Shown: positions 31,536 to 40,797 of the stretch, one piece after another
Position numbering within the stretch: the stretch's first letter is position 1
How the letters are laid out: the number at the start of each line of letters is the position of its first letter
NCBI GenBank assembly: GCA_052168235.1
Contig: JBQLZK010000002.1
Coordinates: 1-64,000 of the forward strand
Source: Thainema sp.
GTDB lineage: Bacteria > Cyanobacteriota > Cyanobacteriia > Phormidesmidales > Phormidesmidaceae
Direction: 5' to 3'
DNA: 64,000 bases
Made by a program: the position numbers and the translations under genes
Notes under the pieces: model-generated
Databases searched by the model: none
Told to the model about the DNA's origin: nothing
What the model saw: the letters and a program-made list of their open reading frames with translations, nothing else

Positions 31536-32891
31536 ATGACTAGCGACTTAAGCAAGTTAATTCCACGGGCATCCCACTACTGGTTGACAAATACCCATAT
31601 TCCTCTTTGTTTACTGGATCAGGCTGAGTACAAGTCACCCATTCCGGTCTATCAGCAGGAGCCCATCTCAGAAGATTTAGTGGGTGCTGATATTGAATTA
31701 CGGGATGGCGTAATCGTGCGGATTGTCCCATCAGGAACGGCTATTTTCGGAGAAGTGCCGACGGTTAACTGCCGCAGCGGTTTGGTCTGGCCCTGCTTTG
31801 CAGATTTGCATACCCATTTGGACAAGGGGCACGTATGGTATCGGATGCCCAATTCCAGCGGTACGTTTAGCGATGCACTGGAGGCTTGTCGGCGCGACCA
31901 GGATGAGTATTGGCAACCAGACGATTTGTATCGCCGGATGGAATTTGGCCTACGTTGTGCCTATGCGCACGGTACGAAGGCGATTCGAACCCATCTCGAT
32001 TCCTTTGGTGAACAGGCTAAAAAGAGCTTGGAAGTGTTTAGCCAGCTACGGGAAGAGTGGCGCGATCGCATTATCATGCAAGCCGTATCGCTGGTCTCTT
32101 TGGACTATTTCCTCAAGCCGGAAGCTGAGCAATTAGCCGACTGGTACGCCGAGTACGGTGGGATTTTGGGCGGTGTTGCCTATATGAATCCAGATCTGGA
32201 TATCCAGCTTGAACGAGTCTTTCAACTCGCGCAATCGCGAGGGTTAGATTTAGATTTTCATGTAGATGAAAGTACGGATCCCGAGGATGTGGCCCTACGC
32301 CATATCGCTGAGCTGGCGCTGAAGCAAGAATTTGCTGGCCATATTGTCTGCGGTCACTGCTGTAGCCTATCGGTGCAGTCTGAGGAAGTGGCTAACGCCA
32401 CGATGGACGCAGTAAAACAGGCAGGAATTGGTATCGTTAGCTTGCCCATGTGTAACCTTTATCTGCAAGACCGCATGATCGGGCGAATGCCGCGACTGCG
32501 GGGCGTAACGCTGCTACCCGAATTGAAACAGCGGGACATCCCAGTTGCGATCGCAAGTGATAACTGCCGCGATCCCTTTTATGCCTATGGCGATCACGAC
32601 GGTTGGGAAGTGTTTCAGCAGACGGTGCGGATTGGGCAACTTGATCGGCCCTTTGGCGACTGGCCCCGTGCCAACACCTGGACGGCAGCGGATTTAATGC
32701 AGCTTGAAGATGTGGGGCGGATTAGTGAAGGCAACACGGCAGATTTAATTGTCTTTAAGGCCCGGAATTTGAATGAACTAGTGGCGCGATCTCAACATGA
32801 TCGGCTCGTTCTGCGTAAAGGACAACCGATTGATACCACCCTGCCAGATTATGCTGAATTAGATGATTTGATGCCCTTGGAGTTAGGTTAA
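31536..32891 (+). CDS. codA: Cytosine deaminase-like amidohydrolase
   Basis: DLHTHLDKG, IRTHLD, DFHVDE, GHCCSL and ASDNCRDPF metal-binding motifs. Confidence 0.88.
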   Translation: MTSDLSKLIPRASHYWLTNTHIPLCLLDQAEYKSPIPVYQQEPISEDLVGADIELRDGVIVRIVPSGTAIFGEVPTVNCRSGLVWPCFADLHTHLDKGHVWYRMPNSSGTFSDALEACRRDQDEYWQPDDLYRRMEFGLRCAYAHGTKAIRTHLDSFGEQAKKSLEVFSQLREEWRDRIIMQAVSLVSLDYFLKPEAEQLADWYAEYGGILGGVAYMNPDLDIQLERVFQLAQSRGLDLDFHVDESTDPEDVALRHIAELALKQEFAGHIVCGHCCSLSVQSEEVANATMDAVKQAGIGIVSLPMCNLYLQDRMIGRMPRLRGVTLLPELKQRDIPVAIASDNCRDPFYAYGDHDGWEVFQQTVRIGQLDRPFGDWPRANTWTAADLMQLEDVGRISEGNTADLIVFKARNLNELVARSQHDRLVLRKGQPIDTTLPDYAELDDLMPLELG

Positions 32892-34259
32892 ATGACGGTT
32901 AGCCCGGTTCACGCTATTGATTGGGATGCCTTTATCGCGGCGCTAGATGGCGTCGAGGTGATTCAAGATCCCCATCAGATCGCGAAACTTTCGCAGGATT
33001 ACTACACGTTTAGTCCTGTTTTACAGACTGTTTTGGCCGATAAAATAGGCGATATCGTGGTGCGACCTGCGACCGAAGAACAGGTTATCCAAGTCGCAGC
33101 AGAATGCGCCAAGCGTCGCATCCCGGTGACGATTCGTGGTGCAGGCACGGGCAACTACGGTCAATGCGTCCCTCTCGCGGGTGGCGTCATTCTCGATATG
33201 TCCCACCTGAATCAAATCTGCTGGATTAAACCGGGACTGCTGCGGGTGCAAGCCGGGGCAAAGCTGGCCACAATCGACAAAGCAACTCGTCCGGAAGGCT
33301 GGGAACTGCGGATGGTGCCGTCTACTTACCGCACGGCCACGATTGGCGGGTTTATTGCCGGGGGCAGTGGCGGCATTGGCTCAATTCTCTATGGTCAACT
33401 GCGCGATCGCGGCAGCCTGATCGCCGTCAAAGTGATCACGTTGGAAGAAGAACCCCGCGTGCTGGAACTGCGCGGCGATGAGGTGCAGAAAGTGAACCAC
33501 GCCTACGGCACCAATGGCATTATCACTGAATTAGAAGTGCCGCTGGGCACCGCCTACAACTGGGTGGACTGCATTGTCACCTTCGATAACTTTATGACAG
33601 CAGCCCGCTTTGGACAGGCACTGGGTGATGCTGATCCGATTATTAAAAAGCTGGTCAGTGTTCACGCTTGGCCCATTCCCAGTTACTTTGCTGCCCTCCA
33701 GTCCTTTCTACCGGAGCAGCAGCACGCGGTTTTAGTCATGATCGCCGATACCAATTTGGAACCGTTTCGCGATCTGGTTCAAGCCTGGGGCGGTACGATT
33801 ACCTACGAAAAAGCACCGGGTGATCCCAATCGCAAAGCGCCACTGCTGGAATTTACCTGGAACCACTCCACCCTCCACGCCCGCAGCGTTGATCCGACAC
33901 TGACCTACCTGCAAACTATGTTCCCCTACGATCCGGAACTCGAACTTTTACAGCACATGTACGAGCATTTCGGTGATGAGGTGATGATGCATATTGAATT
34001 TTTGCGATCGCAAGGCCGCGTTATCCCCGCTGCACTACAAATTGTGCGCTATTCCACAGAAGAACGGCTGAACGAGATCATCCGCTACCACGAAGCGCAG
34101 GGAGCGCTCATCGCCAATCCCCACACCTATATTCTGGAAGATGGTGGACGCAAGACCATCGACACCGTTCAGGTCAACTTTAAGCAAGAAGTTGATCCCT
34201 ACGGTTTGCTCAATCCTGGCAAGATGCGGGGGTGGATGGAGAGAGGGGCAGGAGAGTAA
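32892..34259 (+). CDS. FAD-binding oxidoreductase (GlcD-like)
   Basis: RGAGTGNYG, TIGGFIAGG and DPYGLLNPGK; abuts codA. Confidence 0.9.
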   Translation: MTVSPVHAIDWDAFIAALDGVEVIQDPHQIAKLSQDYYTFSPVLQTVLADKIGDIVVRPATEEQVIQVAAECAKRRIPVTIRGAGTGNYGQCVPLAGGVILDMSHLNQICWIKPGLLRVQAGAKLATIDKATRPEGWELRMVPSTYRTATIGGFIAGGSGGIGSILYGQLRDRGSLIAVKVITLEEEPRVLELRGDEVQKVNHAYGTNGIITELEVPLGTAYNWVDCIVTFDNFMTAARFGQALGDADPIIKKLVSVHAWPIPSYFAALQSFLPEQQHAVLVMIADTNLEPFRDLVQAWGGTITYEKAPGDPNRKAPLLEFTWNHSTLHARSVDPTLTYLQTMFPYDPELELLQHMYEHFGDEVMMHIEFLRSQGRVIPAALQIVRYSTEERLNEIIRYHEAQGALIANPHTYILEDGGRKTIDTVQVNFKQEVDPYGLLNPGKMRGWMERGAGE

Positions 34260-34418
34260 GCTTTTGGCGTAAATTATTTCATTGTTTTTCAAATTGGATT
34301 TTGTAAACCCGCTGTTAACTGAGATACATCCCAGAGAATATCTGCCTTTCGCCTCTTGCCAAGTTGGCCTCTCAGTCGGACACTAGGGGGGAGACATGTC
34401 TGGCAAATGGAGGTTGCT

Positions 34419-35708
34419 GTGAAACGAGTGCTTGCAATTATTTTAGGGGGCGGTGCGGGAACGCGGCTTTATCCGCTAACCAAGCAGCGTGCCAAGCCAG
34501 CAGTATCGTTAGCAGGTAAATATCGTCTTATTGATATTCCAGTTAGTAACTGCATCAATTCAGGAATTCTTAAAATCTATGTTTTAACCCAGTTCAACTC
34601 AACATCGCTCAATCGGCATATTGCCCGAGCCTATAATTTCTCGGTCTTTAGCGATGGCTTTGTTGAAGTGCTGGCTGCACAGCAAACTCAAGAAAATCCA
34701 AGCTGGTTCCAGGGTACAGCGGATGCTGTACGCCAGTACCTCTGGCTACTGAAAGATTGGGATGTAGATGAGTATCTCATCCTTTCCGGTGATCATCTGT
34801 ATCGGATGGATTACGGCAAGTTTGTTGAACACCATCGCGAAACAGGCGCAGATATTACCTTATCTGTACTGCCCATCGATGAAGAGCGGGCCAGCAGCTT
34901 TGGCCTGATGAAAATTGACGATAGCGGTCGGGTGATCAACTTTAGCGAGAAGCCCAAGGGCGACGCGCTGAAGCAAATGCAAGTAGACACAACCACTCTT
35001 GGTCTAGATGCAGAGGCGGCAAAGGTTAAACCTTACATCGCTTCAATGGGAATTTACATCTTTAAAAAGCAGGTTTTGATTGATCTGCTTCAGCAATCTA
35101 AAGATGAAACCGATTTCGGTAAAGAGGTTATTCCCAGCGCGATCGACACCCATAATCTGCAAGCTTACCTGTTTGATGATTACTGGGAAGACATCGGAAC
35201 GATCAAGGCGTTTTATGAGTCCAATTTGGCTCTAACGAAACAGCCTCGGCCTAGCTTCAGCTTCTACGACGAGAAAGCACCGATTTACACTCGTCCTCGT
35301 TTTCTGCCACCGACCAAGATGCTGAACTGCGAAATCACGGAGTCGATTGTGGGTGATGGCTGCATTTTGAAAAACTGCCGCATTCATCACTCAGTGCTGG
35401 GAGTTCGTACCCGCATTGATGAAAACTGTGTAATTGAAGATTCCCTGTTAATGGGTTCTGATTTCTATCAGGCTTCTGAAATGCGTGTTCATGCTTTCAA
35501 AGAGGGACAAGTACCGATGGGCATCGGTGAGAATTCCGTCATTCGCGGTGCCATCATCGATAAAAATGCTCGTATCGGCAAAGATGTGAAGATCATCAAC
35601 AAGGACAACGTTGAAGAAGCCGATCGGGAAGATCAAGGCTTCTTGATTCGCAACGGTATTGTCGTCGTGGTCAAAAATGCGGTGGTTCCGGATGGCACGG
35701 TGATTTAG
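34419..35708 (+). CDS. glgC: Glucose-1-phosphate adenylyltransferase
   Basis: [29 protein letters not shown] and YWEDIGT; GGAGG RBS before GTG 34419. Confidence 0.98.
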   Translation: MKRVLAIILGGGAGTRLYPLTKQRAKPAVSLAGKYRLIDIPVSNCINSGILKIYVLTQFNSTSLNRHIARAYNFSVFSDGFVEVLAAQQTQENPSWFQGTADAVRQYLWLLKDWDVDEYLILSGDHLYRMDYGKFVEHHRETGADITLSVLPIDEERASSFGLMKIDDSGRVINFSEKPKGDALKQMQVDTTTLGLDAEAAKVKPYIASMGIYIFKKQVLIDLLQQSKDETDFGKEVIPSAIDTHNLQAYLFDDYWEDIGTIKAFYESNLALTKQPRPSFSFYDEKAPIYTRPRFLPPTKMLNCEITESIVGDGCILKNCRIHHSVLGVRTRIDENCVIEDSLLMGSDFYQASEMRVHAFKEGQVPMGIGENSVIRGAIIDKNARIGKDVKIINKDNVEEADREDQGFLIRNGIVVVVKNAVVPDGTVI

Positions 35709-35782
35709 GCTTAGGTTGCGTGGCTTGATCTTGTTATTTACACAAGGGCTAAGTCCATACATCCCTACAAAACTGATACGTT

Positions 35783-35829
35783 GCCAAACAGAAGGGGCTG
35801 ACCCATTGAGTCAGCCCCTTCTGTTTGGC
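35783..35829. terminator. Probable bidirectional terminator between glgC and gvpJ
   Basis: 20-bp perfect stem GCCAAACAGAAGGGGCTGAC with a 7-nt loop between convergent genes. Confidence 0.75.
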
Positions 35830-35835
35830 TTTTGC

Positions 35836-36201
35836 TTATCGTTCTGTTGATTGCGGTTCTGGTGCAGCTCTTAAAGCTCGTAGTTCTGCTTCTAGTCCTT
35901 CAATCCGCTGCTGGAGCTGACGGTTCGATTCCAATAGTTCTCGCGATTGGCCGCTGAGATAAGGATCGCTTTCCCACCAGTTGATACCGATCTCCTTGGC
36001 TTTATCCACTGAGGAAACGAGTAGACGAATGCGAATTGTCAGCAGTTCTGTAGAACCAACGGAGATCGCAATATCGCCAGCGATGACGATGCCTTTATCG
36101 AGTACCCGCTCCAGCACATCGGCTAGAGTTGAGGCTTGAGTCGATGTGGCGATTGGGCGTTGAGGGCTACTTTGGGGACGGTTATAAGTAGTGCCAGTCA
36201 T
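35836..36201 (-). CDS. gvpJ: Gas vesicle protein GvpJ
   Basis: STLADVLERVLDKGIVIAGDI...GINWWESDPYL. Confidence 0.92.
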   Translation of the reverse strand: MTGTTYNRPQSSPQRPIATSTQASTLADVLERVLDKGIVIAGDIAISVGSTELLTIRIRLLVSSVDKAKEIGINWWESDPYLSGQSRELLESNRQLQQRIEGLEAELRALRAAPEPQSTER

Positions 36202-36280
36202 GGATTACCTAGTTAGTCAATAGACTCAGGGTTGGGACGGCCAGTCTGCGATCGCAGTTCACTTCGCCAAATGGCTAAAG

Positions 36281-37810
36281 CTAGCGAATCTTAAACATGG
36301 ATGGCTTGCCTTGTCCGCCCACCTGAGTGATTAAGCCGAGTTCAGCAAGGCGCTTGAGCGCATTTACAGTTTGGAAACGGTTCAATCCCAAGGCGGCCTC
36401 TAGCTGAGATAGCCGAGCTGGGCCATCCGTGTTGAGCTGCTTGTAAACTGCGATCGCATCGGGGTTTTGGATGCGGGCAGCAGGGTCTGCCGCCGGAGCT
36501 GCTTTGGTGGCCGTTGCTTTTGCAGGTGCAGCTGATTGAGCTACCGCTGATTGAGCCGTTGTCGGCTGATCAGCAACTGGTTTGGCAACGGATTGGGCGA
36601 CAGGCTGTGGACGGTTCGGGCGCGGTTCTGCCTCTAGGGTAGCAGTTGTGGCTGGTGTTGGAGCTGATTCATTGGTTTGCGGTTGAGCAGGGGGAGAGGG
36701 CGGGGAAACTGCGATCGCAGTTTCTTTCTCTACTGTTTCTACTGTTTCTATTAGCTCTATCGTTGCGGAATTAGCTGTATTCGCTGCTCCAGCACCGTTT
36801 TGTGTAGGATTCAGCTTACCGTTTCCATTAATGAACTCAGGATGCTTGGGCTGAGTCAGGGTAGCTTCCGGTTCGGTCAAATCCCGGATTTCGGTAGCTA
36901 AGTCAACACCTGGCACAATCAGGTCGCTGACGATGACGCTGTTGAACAGAGACCAGAGAATCTGACGAGCTTCGTCAACGGGGACAGCGGCGCGTGAGAG
37001 GAGAATGTCGCTGCAGGTATCGCGAAAGTCTACATCCTCCGGAACAACCCGCACATCATGCTCCTGGCAAACCTTGGCAATCATCATGCTGGCTCGCAGG
37101 CTGGACGCGCGTTCTTTGCTCGCTTTCCGCTGAAAGGCTTTTACCATACGTACGATCGCCAGTGCTGCCGAACGCTCAATATTGGTTTTCTGAACCAGGA
37201 TTTCCTGCTGGGTCAGCTCGTCCGGCTCCGGCATATCGATGGTAATTAAGCGATCCATCAGCGCATCTTGCGTACCGTGAACGCCGCAGTATTCTTCAGG
37301 GTTCGAGGTGAAAATGCCGCGAAAATGAGGATTTACTCGGATATATTCGGGCCGATTACCGCTGGGTGGTAGAACAATCAGCTTTTCCTCTAACGCCGAC
37401 AGCAGAACGTTGTTGACTTCAGGCCGAGAGCGGTTGAATTCGTCGTAAACCAGCGTAAATCCTTCCCGACAGGCCAGGGTCAAGCGGGAATCGACCCAGG
37501 TTTGCCGCATTTCGTCTTCGACTTTAATTACACTGTGGATAAAGTTATCCACCACTTTTTTGCGGGTATAGCCGGACTGGTTGCCGATTAGGTCAGAGGT
37601 TTTGTACTCATCATCGCCAAACAGCAGCATGATCGGACGACTGAGCAAATCGGCCAAGTGCATAGCCAATGTCGTTTTCCCCGTACCCGCAGGGCCGCGT
37701 AAATGAATGGAATAGCCCGACTGGAGGTAGCGGAGCGATCGGGCCGCGATGCGCTCAACGCTGGGGGTACTGACGAATTGCCGGGGGCGAGCTTGCAGAA
37801 CCGTGGTCAC
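36281..37810 (-). CDS. gvpN: Gas vesicle AAA+ ATPase GvpN with long C-terminal extension
   Basis: [22 protein letters not shown] and QDALMDR, followed by a Pro/Ala-rich linker and an HTH-like end. Confidence 0.95.
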   Translation of the reverse strand: MTTVLQARPRQFVSTPSVERIAARSLRYLQSGYSIHLRGPAGTGKTTLAMHLADLLSRPIMLLFGDDEYKTSDLIGNQSGYTRKKVVDNFIHSVIKVEDEMRQTWVDSRLTLACREGFTLVYDEFNRSRPEVNNVLLSALEEKLIVLPPSGNRPEYIRVNPHFRGIFTSNPEEYCGVHGTQDALMDRLITIDMPEPDELTQQEILVQKTNIERSAALAIVRMVKAFQRKASKERASSLRASMMIAKVCQEHDVRVVPEDVDFRDTCSDILLSRAAVPVDEARQILWSLFNSVIVSDLIVPGVDLATEIRDLTEPEATLTQPKHPEFINGNGKLNPTQNGAGAANTANSATIELIETVETVEKETAIAVSPPSPPAQPQTNESAPTPATTATLEAEPRPNRPQPVAQSVAKPVADQPTTAQSAVAQSAAPAKATATKAAPAADPAARIQNPDAIAVYKQLNTDGPARLSQLEAALGLNRFQTVNALKRLAELGLITQVGGQGKPSMFKIR

Positions 37811-37814
37811 GATG

Positions 37815-39089
37815 TTACCTCATTACCTTATGCACAACATAAACGCCGTCGCGTCGAACCACTTGGCCGTTACAAATTAGCGATCGCAACGCATCTACTG
37901 CTTGAACACGATTGAGATTAAGCTGACGTTCAATTTCATTCAGCCGCAGTCCACCCATTTGGTTCAGGCAGTCATAAACTGCTTGCTCCGTCACATTTAA
38001 CGATGGCTGAGCTACTGCTACTGTGGGAACCGGAATAGGTGTGATCGCAGGTGCCACCTCTTCCAGGGTTAGCGCTGGCAAAGTTGCCACGGCTGTTGCT
38101 TGGGGTGCTGCGGCTACGGGAGCAGACTGAGCAACGGGCTGAGCGGCGACTCGGACAGGTGCAGACTGTGCGGTAGCAGCCGGAACCGAGCGGGGCATAG
38201 CCGATTTCACAGCGACTTTAGCGGTTGTGGGTACAGACCGCTGGGCCACAGGTCGGCTAGGTGGGGGTGGGCTGGGTTGGCCCGACTTTTTGGCGGAGGT
38301 CGCAGGTGCTACAGGTTTAGGAGCAGGGTGGCGAGGTGGCATGGTCGAACGCACCGGGGTGCGCGCTATGATGCCGTCGGATCCCCAAACATAGGCTTGA
38401 ATTTGATTGCGATAGTCTTGCAGTTCGGTTCGAAACTCAGCGAATTCAGCAAACAATGCGTCCACTGCTACGAGACGCTCTTGCTGGCTCTGATCCAACA
38501 TCTGTCGCAGTTCAAAAATCCGCTCTTGGCGCAGCACGTCGAGTTCCAGTAAATAAGTTTCGACATCAGCTTGGAGCTGCTGCACAAACTGAGTCAGTTC
38601 CTGTTGCTGCTGGGCACTCATGGCAACGCGATCGTGACGGTGCTGGGCCAATTGAACCTGGGTAATCGTTTGCAGAGCTTGAACCCTAGCTTGGAGATCG
38701 CTGCGTAGCTCGGCTACAGCCTGCTGCATTTCAGCATGAAACTGGCTGAGCGTTTGCGAGACTTCCTGTGCCATCAGAACGCGATCTGCTGCCGTCAACG
38801 ATAGGAAATCAGCCGTTTCGGCTCGTAGAGATTCAACAAACTGGTGGAGTCGCTCGGCAACTTCAACACGGCGCACCTGCCGATCTTGAGCGGTCTGATT
38901 CAAAAAGGCTTGCGTGTCTTGCTGAAGCGCAAACGTGAACTGGCTCAAGTCATCTCGCACCTGTGCGGCTTGAATCGTGCGATCAATAGAGAAGGCAGCC
39001 AGAATATCCTGCACCTGCTGCTGCCGATTGAGAATTTCAGCCTGGCGATGTTGCCGCTGCTCTTGCCACTGTGCCTGGAGTGAAGTCAC
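37815..39089 (-). CDS. gvpC: Gas vesicle protein GvpC with C-terminal extension
   Basis: About five 33-aa helical repeats (e.g. [33 protein letters not shown]); lies between gvpA and gvpN. Confidence 0.85.
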   Translation of the reverse strand: MTSLQAQWQEQRQHRQAEILNRQQQVQDILAAFSIDRTIQAAQVRDDLSQFTFALQQDTQAFLNQTAQDRQVRRVEVAERLHQFVESLRAETADFLSLTAADRVLMAQEVSQTLSQFHAEMQQAVAELRSDLQARVQALQTITQVQLAQHRHDRVAMSAQQQQELTQFVQQLQADVETYLLELDVLRQERIFELRQMLDQSQQERLVAVDALFAEFAEFRTELQDYRNQIQAYVWGSDGIIARTPVRSTMPPRHPAPKPVAPATSAKKSGQPSPPPPSRPVAQRSVPTTAKVAVKSAMPRSVPAATAQSAPVRVAAQPVAQSAPVAAAPQATAVATLPALTLEEVAPAITPIPVPTVAVAQPSLNVTEQAVYDCLNQMGGLRLNEIERQLNLNRVQAVDALRSLICNGQVVRRDGVYVVHKVMR

Positions 39090-39237
39090 GGGCGCGACCT
39101 CCTAAGTACGCTTCTTAAACGGGTAAATTGCGAATGAGCTAATCGTTGAAAATGTAGCTTTGAGAATTTAGCTGTCGAAAATTTTGGATGTTGAGAATTA
39201 GTTTTTGGCAACTAAATTAAAAACTTGAACTCAAAAA

Positions 39238-39292
39238 AAGGGGAAAGGATGGACACGCAATTAGCATAGTTGCGATCGCATCTTTTCCCCTT
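39238..39292 (-). terminator. Stem-loop downstream of gvpA
   Basis: AAGGGGAAAGGATG...CATCTTTTCCCCTT stem followed by a U-run on the minus strand. Confidence 0.6.
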
Positions 39293-39298
39293 GTGTGA

Positions 39299-39517
39299 TT
39301 AAGCGTTAGGAACAGCAGCTTGTGCGGTCAAACCAACTGCTTCGGCATATTTCAGATAGGTTTCAACAGAAGCGATAACGACGCGAGCTTCTACAGCGAG
39401 AAGTTCGATACCTACCAGAGATACACGAACCCATGCGTCAACTACGATGCCTTTGTCGAGAATGCGGTCAACAACTTCAGCTAGGCTAGAGGAGGAATTA
39501 ACTTTTTCAACTGCCAT
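39299..39517 (-). CDS. gvpA: Gas vesicle structural protein GvpA
   Basis: [40 protein letters not shown]. Confidence 0.99.
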   Translation of the reverse strand: MAVEKVNSSSSLAEVVDRILDKGIVVDAWVRVSLVGIELLAVEARVVIASVETYLKYAEAVGLTAQAAVPNA

Positions 39518-39931
39518 GGTTTAGGTTCCCTAATTTAATGCGTCAAGTACGAGATAAAGGTGAAAAACTTCAAGTTGTGAGTGAAAGATTGACGGCTCAG
39601 CGAGTGCGGAGTTAACGGAAACTATCCCTGTCCATTGGATTGGTTTACAGGTTGTTTTCTTGCCAGGTGGTGCTGTGCAAGTTGGAGGCTGAGCAATCTA
39701 CAGAGCGATGGTAACGACAATGAATAGTGATCATTGGTCAGCTATTAATCGCTTTCATTTCAATCACTTCAGTTGAAGCTATCGCTATCATTCCCAAGTC
39801 CGATTTGAAAATCGCTATACAGGGCGATTAAAGTTAATGAAACGCAATGATGTTGTTGCAACCGTTGATATAGCAGTGCGGTTGACCTGTTGTTGAGGGG
39901 TTCTGAGGGGTGCTGAAGGGTGCGATCGCGC

Positions 39932-40555
39932 TTATCCACTTGCCGGATTGTTTGGGTGGAGCTGATCGGTTTGCCAATTGGCCGGATTTGTCTGGATGTA
40001 GTATCGAATCTGCTCTAGCGATTCTTTGTTACGGATAATGTGTTCGTAATAATTGCGCTGCCAAACGGGGGTTCTGGGTGTATTTCTCAGGAGATTAATG
40101 CGTTTAGTTGCCGTCGATTTGAATCCGGTTATGAATGACGATAATGAACGTGGCCGCATGAATGGCGTCACATGTTGTATGGGTGAATGACCGTTCTGTA
40201 GGGGCGAATGGCCATTCGCCCCTACGGGATTTTGCGGCTGATTAGACACCTGGGATGAATTATCTGATACCTGTTGTGATGTTTTGTCCTGAATAAATAC
40301 GATGCCGTGAATGTGATTAGGCATGATAACCCAGGCATCCAAATTGATTTCTTGTCGGATATTTTGCGATCGCAACCATTCCTCGGCAACAATTTGCCCC
40401 AATGAATCTAATTGCATTTTGCCATCAACAATATCGCCGAATAAACATTCGCGTTGATGAGTGCAAATGGTAATGAAATACGCGCCTGGTGATGAATAAT
40501 CGTATCCGTTGAGGCGAATGGAACGACGATGATGTTTATCCGGGTTGTATTTCAT
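39932..40555 (-). mobile_element. REP-associated tyrosine transposase (RAYT, Y1 HUH family)
   Basis: RRSIRL, YFITICT, VIMPNHIHG (HUH), WQRNYYEHIIR and YIQTNP (catalytic Tyr); cognate REP upstream. Confidence 0.93.
40198..40225. repeat. REP palindrome inside the RAYT coding sequence
   Basis: Perfect 28-bp palindrome GTAGGGGCGAATGGCCATTCGCCCCTAC. Confidence 0.9.
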
Positions 40556-40642
40556 GCGAGATGGATTTGATGCACCAATGATTTAGGATGCCCATGTTGT
40601 TATTTGAATTCGTAACCCTTGTTGGAAGCACCATAACGATAT

Positions 40643-40670
40643 GTAGGGGCGAATGGCCATTCGCCCCTAC
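40643..40670. repeat. REP palindrome upstream of RAYT
   Basis: Identical to 40198-40225. Confidence 0.9.
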
Positions 40671-40797
40671 GGGGTGTTTGCACTATCCCAGATCCCCAAT
40701 CATGATTGGTGCCAGGTATCGGATCTCCGGAACGATGATTCTTCGTAAGGAACAGCCCTGGAAATAAAAGTTTAGGAGAAACGGAAAGCTTTATGCC

